A DNA stretch of 64,000 bases, from assembly GCF_006345805.1 (NCBI RefSeq), contig NC_043013.1:54436001-54500000 (forward strand). The letters are read 5' to 3'. Below the pieces are notes generated by a model. The model had not been told where the DNA came from. It was given only the letters and a program-made list of their open reading frames with translations, and did not search any database. Position numbers and translations under genes: made by a program. Shown in pieces: positions 1-11,520 of the stretch (positions are counted from its first letter, which is position 1; every line of letters begins with the position of its first letter). This DNA is from Octopus sinensis. Lineage: Eukaryota.

Positions 1-280
1 CGAACATAAAGTCACCTTCATCTCCACTGTCAGGTGCTCTACTCACTTCAAAAGAATCTTAGTCTTGTGAGCTGCACAGCAACCTCACTGATGCTGGAGC
101 CATGAACAAAGCACCCAGTACATTGGGTAAGGTGTATGGCATTGTGAAGGGCAACCAACCATAAGAACCATACCAAAGCAGACCTAGGAGCATAATGCAG
201 CTCTTAGACCCATTTCATTCTGTCAAATCATCTAACCCATGACAGCATGGCAGATGGACATTAAAAAATGATGATGGCTT
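1..280 (+). mobile_element. Retroposon family C fragment, 3' end with (ATG)n tail
   Basis: Ends ...CTAACCCATGACAGCATGGCAGATGGACATTAAAAAATGATGATG. The same 3' end recurs at about 3890-4140, 13600-13720, 15080-15240, 21930-22045, 24225-24380, 35500-35620 and 49200-49510 (+), and at 28115-28390, 32090-32290, 53255-53470 and 57012-57310 (-). Confidence 0.7.
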
Positions 281-901
281 TAAAGAACTGAACTGTCTAA
301 ATACATTTTTTGTCATGTTTTTTTTCTGTTGTTATTCAGCTTTAGTTCTTTTTATTTTATCTTCAAAGTTGTTTCTAAAGACTTTTAAATGATAATTATT
401 ATCAAACTTATCGTTAAGCGATAATTATCATCAGTTTTACATTATTTTAATCATTTCCATTTATAAAATGTTTTATTGCATTTGATCCCCCTGACCTCTT
501 TTAGGTTTTATTTCTAAAACGCAATTCTTCTAATTTTGTCTGTGTATGATCTCAGTAAAGTTTATTTAATTCGTAATCTTGATCAAAGGAGTTAAATCTA
601 TGAAGCTCATCACTAAGTCTACTTTGCTAATATTTTCTATAACTGACTTCCTTGTTTGAATTGAAATGTCATTATGAATGTGTGTGTGTGTGTGTGTGTG
701 TGTGTCTCTGTGTGTGTGTGTGTGTGTGTGTCTCTGTGTGTGTGTGTGTGTGGTGAGGTGGTGTCTGTGTGGTATGAAACTAGAAAACTGACTTGATATT
801 CAACTTTCCTGAATATTGATTTATGAGAATGATTTAGATCATCTAATGAAATGCTATGTCATCTTTACAACAACAACAACAACATCGCAACACCGCCCTT
901 A

Positions 902-933
<32 letters not shown>

Positions 934-1195
934 TACCTCAAAACATAGTTATTAACATAACTATTTGAAGCACCACCACCACCACCATCTCTGGAATTTT
1001 ATTTGATTTATTCTATTATTGTAAATATTCAACAATCCACCAACATAAATTCCAAACTGTTCAACCTTCCCAGCCATACAACCTCAAAACTGACATTGAT
1101 GTCTTGGAATTTCTGATAATTCATTGAGGAGAATTTTACTTGGATAGCCCTGAGGTGGAGCATCAGGCGAAATCTATTGCAATATTTGATATTCT

Positions 1196-1415
1196 TGGGG
1201 CAGCAAACAGGTAAAATCATTTGCTTGCTGGACAAAGTGCTGCCAAGCATTTTATCTCTCTTTGAATTCTGCTGAGTTCAAATTCTGCTGAGGTTAACTC
1301 TGCCTTTCATCCCTGCTGGGGTTGACAAAATAAGTAACAGTTTATCCTTGGAGCTGATGTAACTGACTTCTTTGTCTCCCATTCTTGCTGGCCTTGTGCC
1401 AAAATTTGAAACCAA
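1196..1415 (+). mobile_element. tRNA-derived SINE family A (short-tail variant), degenerate
   Basis: B-box-like GAGTTCAAATTC, then the family core GCCTTTCATCC...GTTGACAAAATAAGTA and 3' end CTGGCCTTGTGCCAAAATTTGAAACC, shared with many copies in the window. Confidence 0.75.
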
Positions 1416-1712
1416 TATTTGACATCATTAGATGTGTGGGAAGAGAGAGATTAGCAGAACTGGTAAAGTGGTGGGTAAAATTCCATGTGATTGTAACACT
1501 CACTGGGTTCAAATCCCATCCAGTTTCAACATTGATTAGCACCCTTCCAGACTCGAAGTAGAAATCCTGTGCTAGTGGGAGGTGAGGTGGCCCATAAAAT
1601 AAAGGACCAAAGAAGAACCGGTGATGTGTGAAATAGTGGTCCAGAAAATAAACTACCCATTGATATTTCTAGTTGGCATCATTATGGCCAGGCACCTGCA
1701 CAACAGATATGT

Positions 1713-1880
1713 ATAGACACCCTGTATATAAGATGAATACATATACACCCTGTATATGAGATGAATGGACAGACACCCTGTATATGAGATGAATGGATAT
1801 ACACCCTGTATATGAGATGAATGGATAGACACCCTGTATATGAGATGAATGGATAGACACCCTGTATATGAGATAAATGT
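1713..1880. repeat. 28-bp minisatellite, 6 copies (consensus ATAGACACCCTGTATATGAGATGAATGG)
   Basis: Units read directly at 1713, 1741, 1769, 1797, 1825 and 1853, each with 0-3 mismatches to the consensus. Confidence 0.95.
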
Positions 1881-2151
1881 GTAATCACTTCTGTCTCGAG
1901 GATTTGTTGTCTTGTATTTCTGACTTCAGCAACTCCAGAACCAGGTTCTCTCTTTCCCTTCCACTCCAGCAATCATGGGGGAACCCTTCTACCTTACTTC
2001 CCTTTCTCCTTGAACCATAAGAAGGCTAAATACCAGCAATATACTAGGAGACAATTCAATTTCTGATTATTGTTTCTATGTCTAGCCTGAAAAAAAATCA
2101 ATGTTTTTTTTCTGATAGGTGACAAATCAACAAATATCAGAAGTTTAGTTA

Positions 2152-2230
<79 letters not shown>

Positions 2231-3567
2231 AAACAAAATAAATCAACAGTTATTTTATTTGATGTTTCAACTAAAAAAAATATATAACAAAGAAAAAAAG
2301 AACAATCTATTTACTCATTTATTTAAGTAATTCCGTTTTGTTTACAAGTTTCCACCTCCAAATAATAACAATAATAATAATAAGAGTTTCCTTTCAACAG
2401 TTGACAAACAATGAAATTGCTGCTGTGAACAACAGTAAATAACATCTCTCTCTCTCTCCCCCTCTCCCCCATTCTCTCTCTCTGTAGGCAGAATAACATG
2501 AAGACGGATTCCATGCTGCACATTAGAAGCTACCTACATCACAGGTTAATTACAGACAAGCAACGTATACAAATAAATGCTAAAGCAATTAAAAATCTCC
2601 AATTTTCCTCTCTGACACACCCTTCGGTGCATGTCTCCAATCTTGAGACACTCCTCACCTAATTCTAATCAATATTTACATTCGCTCTTCCATCTGACAT
2701 CAATTACAAATGACTTACATCAGTCTTTCTCTCACTTCATTCTTATTTCTTTCAGAAGACATTATTATTATCATTATTATTATTATCATCATTTATTTAT
2801 TTATTTGTAGTTGTTATTATTGTTTTATTTTTTCTAATTTTACGTATGTGAAAAATTATTAATGGAAGTGTTAATTAATTTAGGTGTGTAATATGTGTTT
2901 ATATGTCTGTATGATAGGTTATATACATTTACATAATCTGACATGTGTGTGTGTGTGTGTGTGTGTGCATATTTATGTGTGTGTGTATATATGTGTATGT
3001 TTCTATATATATTTATATATATGTGTGTGTGTATGTATGTATTTATATATGTATATATGTGTGTGTGTGTATGTATGTATTTATATATTTATATATATGT
3101 GTGCGTGTAGTTAAAACACACACAATGTATGTCTATGCAGATGTGACATGTATATATATTCACACAAACACACATATGTACACTTGCATGTATATATATA
3201 CATTGCTGTGTGAGCATGTTTGTTCGTGAATACACACATAAATTAGATTATCTACATGGAGAGCAAGAAAGATGTGTGTACATGCATATGTAGGTCTTTG
3301 TATAAATTGTTAAGATTTATACACAAACATTTATATCCACATACAACACACACAGGTATAGATATATAACTGTATACACATGTGTTTAGACGCATATACA
3401 TACGTGCCTATAACCACTTATAGATACATAAAAGTATCTGAAGATATAAATATTCCACTGGATGTATTCGTGAAAGTGTATTTGCATAAATGTCAGTGTG
3501 TTTAAGTGAGAACTGTATATAATTTGAAAATACGTACAATTGAAGTAACTTAAAAGAGCTGTGTTAG

Positions 3568-3767
3568 CAATTGGAATTATCAAAACCATTTCCTGGAGCG
3601 GACGTATTGATTCTAGATGTGTGTAGTTCTGAAGATCCTATTCTTGACAACAATAAATGGTAAAATCCTCTGTACTTTCAGTTCCATTTGATCAGATATA
3701 ATTTTTAAGCAACATTAAGAAGGAGTGTAACAGTGACCTACTTAAGTGTTGCCCTCCCTTCTATAAA
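3568..3767 (+). CDS. Two weak candidate exons (3568-3659 QLELSKPFPGADVLILDVCSSEDPILDNNK; 3710-3767 NIKKECNSDLLKCCPPFYK)
   Basis: AG/GT boundaries (tgttag|, TG|gtaaaa, tttttaag|, AAA|gtgagt) and compatible phases, but the implied intron is only 50 nt and no homology is recognised. Confidence 0.25.
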
Positions 3768-4855
3768 GTGAGTTCTGTTGTCACAAGGAATCTGTTCTGC
3801 TTTGGCTCGATATTTTAATATTTTAAACTCTCTCTCTCCTAGCATAAAGCTGCCTTATTCTATTTATAACCTCACTCAGTTGAAGACAATGTTAGTCTTG
3901 CAACCTACATGGTGACCTCATTGCTGTTGGTGCTGTGTATGCTATATAAAGTGGTTAGCATCAGATAAGGTGCCCAGATGGGGTGCCAAGCCATGGAACC
4001 CATGTCAAAGCACATATTGAAGCATGGATGCAGCCCTTTGATTTGTCAAATCCTGTCAAACTGTCCAACCCATATCAACATGAAAGGTAGGCATTAAAAG
4101 GCGGTGATGATGAGGAAGAAGAGGGGATATGATGATGATGATGATGTTCCGAATAAGTTTATAAATTCATGCAAAATTTCACCATTTTGAAATATGTTCC
4201 TTCGTTTAAAATTCAGATTTATGCATGCAAAATGACTTTTATAAAATAATAAAAAAACCAAAACACCCATAAATCACCCTTATTTATTGTTGTTTAACTG
4301 CAGGTCAGCTAAGACTGATGATCAATGAGTTTTCCATCCATGACCATATATCCTTTATTTTTTTAGAACTATGTTAGCCTGTGTGTCCTTTTATCAACCA
4401 GTAAGGTGTTATTTGAAGGGGATTTAGCTACTATTTCTTGCTGGTCAAGTAACAATATAAATGTCCTTCATGGATATCAATCTGTCTGCATATTATTATA
4501 CATGTATAAGGATAGGCATATTAAAAGGGGTCAGTGATAAAACTAATTTGAATAAAAGGGTTGGAAACCATTGCTCTAATCTCTTATCCCCTTCTAGTGT
4601 GCATTAATTCTTTGTTCTGGTTCTTTATATTCCAAGTTCAAATCCTGCTGAGGTCAACTTTGCTTTTCATCCTTTCAGGGTCGATAAAAGAATTAATGTT
4701 CCAATCAAGTACTGGGGTTGATGGTTGATGGTACTGATGGCTACCCTCCTCCCTATTTCAAGCCTTGTTCCTATACCAGGGATGACTATGTAAGCATAAA
4801 TGCCTTAATCTGTAGACTAACTCAGTCTTGTACAAATAAAATATATTCAAACACA

Positions 4856-5235
4856 GGCGTAGGTGTGGCTGTGTGGCAAAAAGCTTGCTTCCCAACCATG
4901 TAGTTCTGGGTTCAGTCCCACTGTGTGGCACCTTGGGCAAGTGTCTTCTACTATAACCTCAGGTTGACCAGAGCCTTGTGAGTGGAAATGGTAGGCGGAA
5001 ACTGAAAGATGTTTGTCGTGTGTGTGTGTGTGTTTACTCTCCACCACTGCTTGACAACTGGTGTTTGTGTGTTTATATACCAATAACTTGACAGTTCAGC
5101 AAGAGAGACTAACAGAATAAGTACTAGGTTCAAAAAGAAAATAGGTAACGGGGTTGATACATTCAATAAAGGAAAAACCCTTGAAGCTGGTGCCCCAGCA
5201 TGGCCGCACTCAAACAACTGAGACAAGTCAATGAG
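4856..5235 (+). mobile_element. tRNA-derived SINE family B, near full length
   Basis: Head GGTGTGGCTGTGTGG...GGGTTCAGTCCC, GCACCTTGGGCAAGTG motif, internal (GT)n, 3' part GAATAAGTACTAGG...GCTCCAGCATGGCC-like. Confidence 0.85.
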
Positions 5236-5497
5236 CAACAATTCCTCAAGAAAACAAAATAACCAACTAATACCAAATATTTCTGAATGGTTAACAGAAT
5301 TAGATAGTTTGTGAATTGGGTCAAATATTTAGTTTTCTTGGAATTTAGTTTGGATTTTTACCGTTAATTCATCTAAAATTAAACCAAATTTCATTTCTCA
5401 TAAAAAAGTAAAAAAAGAAATAGAAAATAAAAAACAAAAAGAAACTGAATTAAATGAGACATTTTTCTTAGAATAAAACTTCTGAAAGCTTTTCCAG

Positions 5498-5521
5498 TTA
5501 CAGATAGATTGCTTAGAAACG
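5498..5521 (+). CDS. Candidate 24-nt microexon (LQIDCLET)
   Basis: cttttccag| acceptor and consensus donor ACG|gtaagt; phase 0-0, in frame with 5833-5905. An alternative 50-nt exon from 5472 in another frame cannot be excluded. Confidence 0.3.
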
Positions 5522-5832
5522 GTAAGTGTTCGCTTCTGAAATAATATTCTACTCTTAGAATAAAAATAAATATTTATTCTACACACTATTGCTATATAAA
5601 ATAAGAGTCAATTGCTTTCCCTTTCTTGAGAAGACTTATTTATTAAGTATTGTGGTTAACCATTCCAATTTCTGGAGAAATGGAGCTGTGATGGTCGTAT
5701 CTCTTCTGAGAATATTAGGTATACGAGTGAGTGGGAATAGCTATAATTGGAAAGTAAAACTAGGTTGAAGACTTGGTTATACAAGAGCTCATCTCCTCCT
5801 CTTCGAATGTTTATAATGTTCTTAATATGCAG

Positions 5833-5905
5833 GTCTACAGTAAGAAGGAAAATGATCAGCTTGCAGAGGAGAAGCTGGCTTTTAATGACTGTGTCAGATA
5901 CTTTG
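5833..5905 (+). CDS. Candidate internal coding exon VYSKKENDQLAEEKLAFNDCVRYF(G), protein unidentified
   Basis: Non-repetitive, with acceptor cttaatatgcag|G, donor TTG|gtaaaa and protein-like composition. The weak resemblance of F-x-x-x-VRYFG to the C-terminal part of formin FH2 domains is from memory only. Confidence 0.4.
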
Positions 5906-6662
5906 GTAAAAGTACCTTATTATTTTTACATTTATATTCTCCTGTTGGAACATTGCATGTTTTTAATGAGAGAAGTGAGGAAAGAAAACAAGAAATTATT
6001 ATTACAGGTCAAAAAATATGTTTCACAGTGATCGTAATTACTTTTTTTTGTCTTTTTTCTTTTTTCTTATTACTCTGCTATAAATATGTAGAAAAGTTGA
6101 AACTTATTGGCTTGGAAATAGAATTTACAGAACATCTCAACTGAAAATATATTCTGATAGTCTCTGATATAATTTACATCTTTACATCATACGGTTGTAC
6201 AATCATGTCAAATGTCACTTGTGCCATTTTGCGACACTTGCAGTGCTATGCAGGTTTATCAATAAGGACAACAACCATCTCACTCGTCATTTCCAGTGAA
6301 ATGCTCAATTGACTGATTAGCTTCAAAGATTGACTCAGAGGAATTATCCTGGGGCAACTTCTGCATGGAAAATAAATAGTTAAGTGACTTTGCATAATGA
6401 CTGATTCTGGTTACAAAAGTCAAGAGAGACAACTTTTAATATAATTGGATGAGCTCATGGAGTAATATTGAGTCTGATCTTCGGTAAGTATAATGACAGT
6501 TTCAGACATGTTTCAGTCTTATTACCCCTCCTTAGTAAAGTAGAATCTTCCTTGAACTTTGATATTGTTGAGAAAAAAGATTCCATAATACATGTAGAAA
6601 CAGTGACTTTGCAAATGACAAGCTGTTATTAAAGAATATCTGTCAGATAGATTGTATGTGTT

Positions 6663-6708
<46 letters not shown>

Positions 6709-6889
6709 CATATAAATATGTGTATATATATATATATATTCTATACCAGAGAAATATTCATATACACAGGTTGTTTATACAAATTGATTAAAAACCATAA
6801 ATCTTTTATTTTTTTCTCTCTCTTACATTCTGTCAGTTTACATCTGCTGACAAACAAAGCTATATTTATAAAATAAAACTATGGCTCTC

Positions 6890-6965
6890 CAACTTAGTGT
6901 CACACGGTTGCTCTATTGACCAGACTATTAGCTGTCCTTATACATCACTGGTCACAATACACTTC
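6890..6965 (-). repeat. Unclassified interspersed repeat (family D) fragment
   Basis: Reverse complement shares ATTGTGACCAG(C/T)GATGTA with 39290-39355 (+). Confidence 0.45.
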
Positions 6966-7348
6966 CATTCTTCCCTTCATTGCACCCTTTTTAATATACT
7001 TACAAAAAGCGTTCAGATATATTCATAATAGTCATCTAAATGCATATTCATAACCGTGTTCAGTCAGAACACGGACTCGCAAATTTACATACGATTAATG
7101 TGGCTGAAGTTATTTCTCATAATAGGCCTGAATAAGTACAAATAGCTAACGAGCTGGCCTACATAATGAGAATCTTTCTTTCTCTATATATTTGGACAGT
7201 TCGACAACCATTAAGGTACATCCAAAATCATTTACCTACATATTCAAATTATTTATACAGACACACACACACATCTATGTAGATATGAATATATATGTTT
7301 GTTTTCATATACATGTTTATATAAATATACTTATGTATATATTTACAT

Positions 7349-7393
<45 letters not shown>

Positions 7394-7786
7394 ATATATA
7401 TATAAATATACGTATATATTTATATGTACACACACGCACACACACACCCAGGCCTATCCCCCATTTTTTTAGGAGGGAGTAGCCACAAGACACACCAAGT
7501 ATTCCAGTCATATATATATGTGTGTGTGTGTGTATGTATATGTATATATACACACACACACACACATACATGCACACATACATATATAGTATATTCTTTC
7601 TCATATATAGCTGTATACATAGTTGCATTAGATACATATCACTACATTCACACATCCTATTTTCTTTTTAAAACATGTTGGTGTGTGTGTGTGGATTGTC
7701 ACAGACCCCAAAATTCCTTTAACTACTCTACTATTTATTCAAGGAATTTTTTTTTTATGGTGGGACTTTTTTAAAATATAAAGGAA

Positions 7787-8984
7787 CTATTTGTGGATAT
7801 CTTTGACTTCCTTCCATCTGTTTACAAGCTTTTTAATCCCATCAATGTAAAACTCTTTTGGTTTCAAAGTGAAGAACTCTGAAATGTCAGTTTCGACCTT
7901 CTCCTGGCTTGCGAATATTTTGTTCCCCGAATGATTCTGTAAACTACAAAACAAATAGTAGTCTGAAGGAGCAAGGTCAGGAGAATAAGGTGGATGAGGA
8001 ATTTTTTCCCAACCAAGCTCTTCGATATTCTGTGATGTGATCTTTGCAGTGTGAGGTCATGCATTGTCCTTATGAAACATCACTCCTTTTTGATTCACCA
8101 AAGCAGGTCTTTTTTTCTTCAAAGCTTAGTTCAAACACTAATTACTGACAATAGACATGAGCATTGATTGTTGCATTAGGTGGTAACAATTCAAAGTGAA
8201 CTACTCCTTTGCAATCCCACCAGATAGAGTGAAGAACCTTTTTCCCATGAAGTTCCCTTCTCGGTTGTGGTTGAGCTTTTTCCCTTTTACCAAGCCACTG
8301 TTTACAACGTATAACATTTCGATAGAATATCCATTTTTTGTCACCAGTCACAAGTCTATCCAAAAAGGGTGAAATGAGTTCGCGAGAATGGAGAGAAGAG
8401 CAAATGTCAACTTGGGATTTGCGATTGCTTTTGGACAATTCATGACGCACCCATTTTCCAAGTTTAGAAACTTTTCCACATTGTTGAAGATGATGATGAA
8501 CAGTTGTATGGTTTGAACTAAGCTTTATTGCCAATTCTTCAACTGATAATGCAGGATTTTCTTCAAGTAATGCCTCAAGGAGCTTATCATCAAACTCAAC
8601 TGGACGTCGTGTTCAATCTTCATCTTCAAGGCTGAAATCTTCACTTCTGAATTTTGCAAACCATCTTCCGCAAGTTCTTTCATTCAAGCATTCTTTCCCA
8701 TAAACTGAGTGTATGTTTCAAGTCACTTCAGCTGCAGAGTTTCCTTTTTTGTACTCATAAAGCATTATGTGCCTCAAATGCTCTTTGGATACTTTCATGT
8801 TAGGAAGGGTTTTAATCAAAGAAATTTTAATTCTATTATTCTGTAAAATAATATTTAATTAGTTTAAATGTACACAAAGGCATAAAAATAATTTTTAATT
8901 CAATTAGACATTCTAAAATACTGTTAAATTTCATTCAATTTTGAAAAAGGTAAAATCGGACAGAACTTATGGGATGAGCTGATA
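7787..8984 (-). mobile_element. Decayed mariner (DD34D) DNA transposon, transposase pseudogene
   Basis: ATG at 8798 (MKVSKEHLRHIMLYEYKKG). Motifs LVTGDKKW, KDNA*PH and YSPDLAPSDYYLF with 34 residues between the second and third Asp. Multiple stops and frameshifts. TIR-like end at about 8952-8984; the other TIR is not seen. Confidence 0.93.
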
Positions 8985-9906
8985 CTTATTTTTCATGGTA
9001 GAATAGGCAAGATTAATCTTTACGGCATAACCAATCCATGGTAGCATGAGTAAAGAGCTGTCCCTCCTCTACATTGTCTCAATTCATTGAAGGTAAGTGT
9101 GACTGAGAGGGTGAATTGGAGAAAGAGAGAGAGAGTAATGACCAAGAAAGTGGCAGCAGAGAGAGAGAGAGAGAGAGTGTGTGTGTAGTGAGGGGGAAAT
9201 TGTGATAGGAGAGGGAGTAATAGTGGAAGACAGACAGAGACAGGCAGCTACATGCTGGTTGCTGGGAAGGGAACTGAATAGTAAAGCAGTATGAGCAATG
9301 GAAGAAGAGGAAGTGAAGCATATATATATATGTGTGTGTGTGTGTGTGTATCCATATGCATGAATATATTATATATAATAAATATGTATATATATATGAA
9401 TATATGTAAATGGAGTAATTGGCAACTAATGTAGACTGATGGTGCAATGTTTATATTGGCTTGTTCATAACACTAATTAGGTTAATATAAATTCCAGATG
9501 GGCTGGCTTTGATATATAATGGTTCACTAATGAATTTATAAACTTGATATATCTATATTCTTCACGGCACTCTAACATGGCTTGAATTTGTTAGATTCAA
9601 TTAAAATTGTATTTATTTACTTAATCTTAGCTAATCATTAGGGGATTAGCATGCATCTATCTTCAAAACTGTCAACCAATGGCTGGTTTTATTCAGACCC
9701 CGTTGCTTATCTCTGCGCAAAATCAATGTGGCACAACATATATTTATTCATAAGCAAACTGATAAATACTGACATGCACACACACACACACACGCACACA
9801 CACACACACACGCACACACACACACACAAACTGTTTTCAAACTTTTACATTCATAGCATTATGATTTTATCTGTGCATATAGATACAAATATATGTGTGT
9901 ATATAT

Positions 9907-10097
9907 ATTTCTTTACTCCCCGCAAGGGGCTAAACATAGAGGGGACAAACAAGGACAGACAAACGGATTAAGTCGATTATATCGACCCCAGTGCGTAACC
10001 GGTACTTAATTTATTGACCCCAAAAGGATGAAAGGCAAAGTCGACTTCGGCGGAATTTGAACTCAGAACGTAACAGCAGACAAAATACGGCTACGCA
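9907..10097 (-). mobile_element. SINE family A (long-tail variant), 5'-truncated, copy 1 of tandem duplication
   Basis: Reverse complement has GTTCTGAGTTCAAATTCCGCCGAAGTCGACTTTGCCTTTCATCC...TGTCCTTGTTTGTCCCCTCT; CpGs retained, so a young copy. Confidence 0.9.
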
Positions 10098-10108
10098 TAT
10101 ATATATTT

Positions 10109-10139
<31 letters not shown>

Positions 10140-10241
10140 CACACACGCACACACACACACACAAACTGTTTTCAAACTTTTACATTCATAGCATTATGAT
10201 TTTATCTGTGCATATAGATACAAATATATGTGTGTATATAT

Positions 10242-10432
10242 ATTTCTTTACTCCCCGCAAGGGGCTAAACATAGAGGGGACAAACAAGGACAGACAAACG
10301 GATTAAGTCGATTATATCGACCCCAGTGCGTAACCGGTACTTAATTTATTGACCCCAAAAGGATGAAAGGCAAAGTCGACTTCGGCGGAATTTGAACTCA
10401 GAACGTAACAGCAGACAAAATACGGCTACGCA
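10242..10432 (-). mobile_element. SINE family A, copy 2 of tandem duplication
   Basis: Appears identical to 9907-10097 at an offset of 335 bp. Confidence 0.9.
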
Positions 10433-11276
10433 TATATATATTTACACACACACACACACACACAAGCATATATTAGTTATATACGTAAATAACTGTTCTC
10501 AAACCTATTATATTCATGGCACTACACACTTATGTGCATGTATTGAAGTGCTGAAATTTATTTCAACTAGAAATAATGTCTGTATTATCAATATGTAGGC
10601 AATTATTTCTGCATGCTTCTGTTTATATAGCAGTTAAATTATCTGACTGGTGGATAAGAATATAGAATCCTAGTTCTGAGATCGGATCTGATGGAGTTGT
10701 TTGATTGTGTTTCTTGGCAGCATTCTTTATATCGTTCATCACTCGGTTCACCTTGCTGGGAAAATAGCATTCAGGTCTTGTGGGAATGCAACGTGCAATA
10801 GGCTGCTATCCTATCTAGCTTGAGATTAATTCCACATCAGGTAAATATCACAGGTAAACACACACTGGAGTATCAAGGTATTCTTTGGTGACTGGATTCA
10901 TTATTTCTCTTACTGAATTACATGTTAGTGTTTGTATCTTTGCAATTATAGACAAACACAATAATCAACATTAATGCATTCAAAATATTCACCTGCAATT
11001 CTGTGTATGCATACACACACGCTGATTTTAATCTGATGATGTAAATGAAGAACCCATGTTCAATGTAGAAAACCAGAGATTCTAAAATGTGGTATATGTA
11101 CCTCCTCTGATATTGACCTTATACCAAATCAAGTGTTTCAATTCTGACGCTCACTGATCATCATCATATTAGAAAATAGTTTCCAGATAATAATGAAGTT
11201 CTCAAATATATACCTATATTTATACATATATGTATTTACATACATGCATCTCTCTCTCTCTATATATATATATATT

Positions 11277-11520
11277 CCTTTATTCTTTTACTTGTTTCAG
11301 TCATTTGACTGAGGCCATGCTGGAGCACTGCCTTTAGTTGAGCCAATTGACTCTAGGTCTTATTCTTTGTAAGCCTAGTACTTATTCTATCGGTCACTGT
11401 TACGCCAACATAAACACACCAACATCGGTTGTCAAGTGATGGTGGGGACAGACATCCACACACACACACATATATAGACAACAGGCCTCTTTCAGTTTCT
11501 GTGTACCAAATCCACTCACA
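11277..11520 (-). mobile_element. SINE family B, 3' half
   Basis: TTGTTTCAGTCATTTGACTG...GCCATGCTGGAGCAC...TACTTATTCTATCGGTC...TACCAAATCCACTCAC. Confidence 0.85.

Larger units (their letters stand above)
9775..10462. repeat. Direct tandem duplication, 335-bp period, bounded by (CA)n
   Basis: CTGTTTTCAAAC at 9831 and 10166; CAAAATACGG at 10081 and 10416; no mismatch seen in the unique part. Confidence 0.95.

Noticed and set aside
1074-1210. Exon-like segment PYNLKTDIDVLEFLIIH*GEFYLDSPEVEHQAKSIAIFDILGAAN with a single in-frame TGA at 1125-1127 (considered selenocysteine or A-to-I stop-to-Trp recoding)
   Set aside because: The apparent donor and last codons lie within the head of the adjacent SINE. 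No SECIS element or homology is recognisable, so chance is the simpler explanation.
1713-1880. CRISPR-like appearance of regularly spaced repeats
   Set aside because: Units are contiguous with no unique spacers, and the context is eukaryotic; it is a minisatellite.
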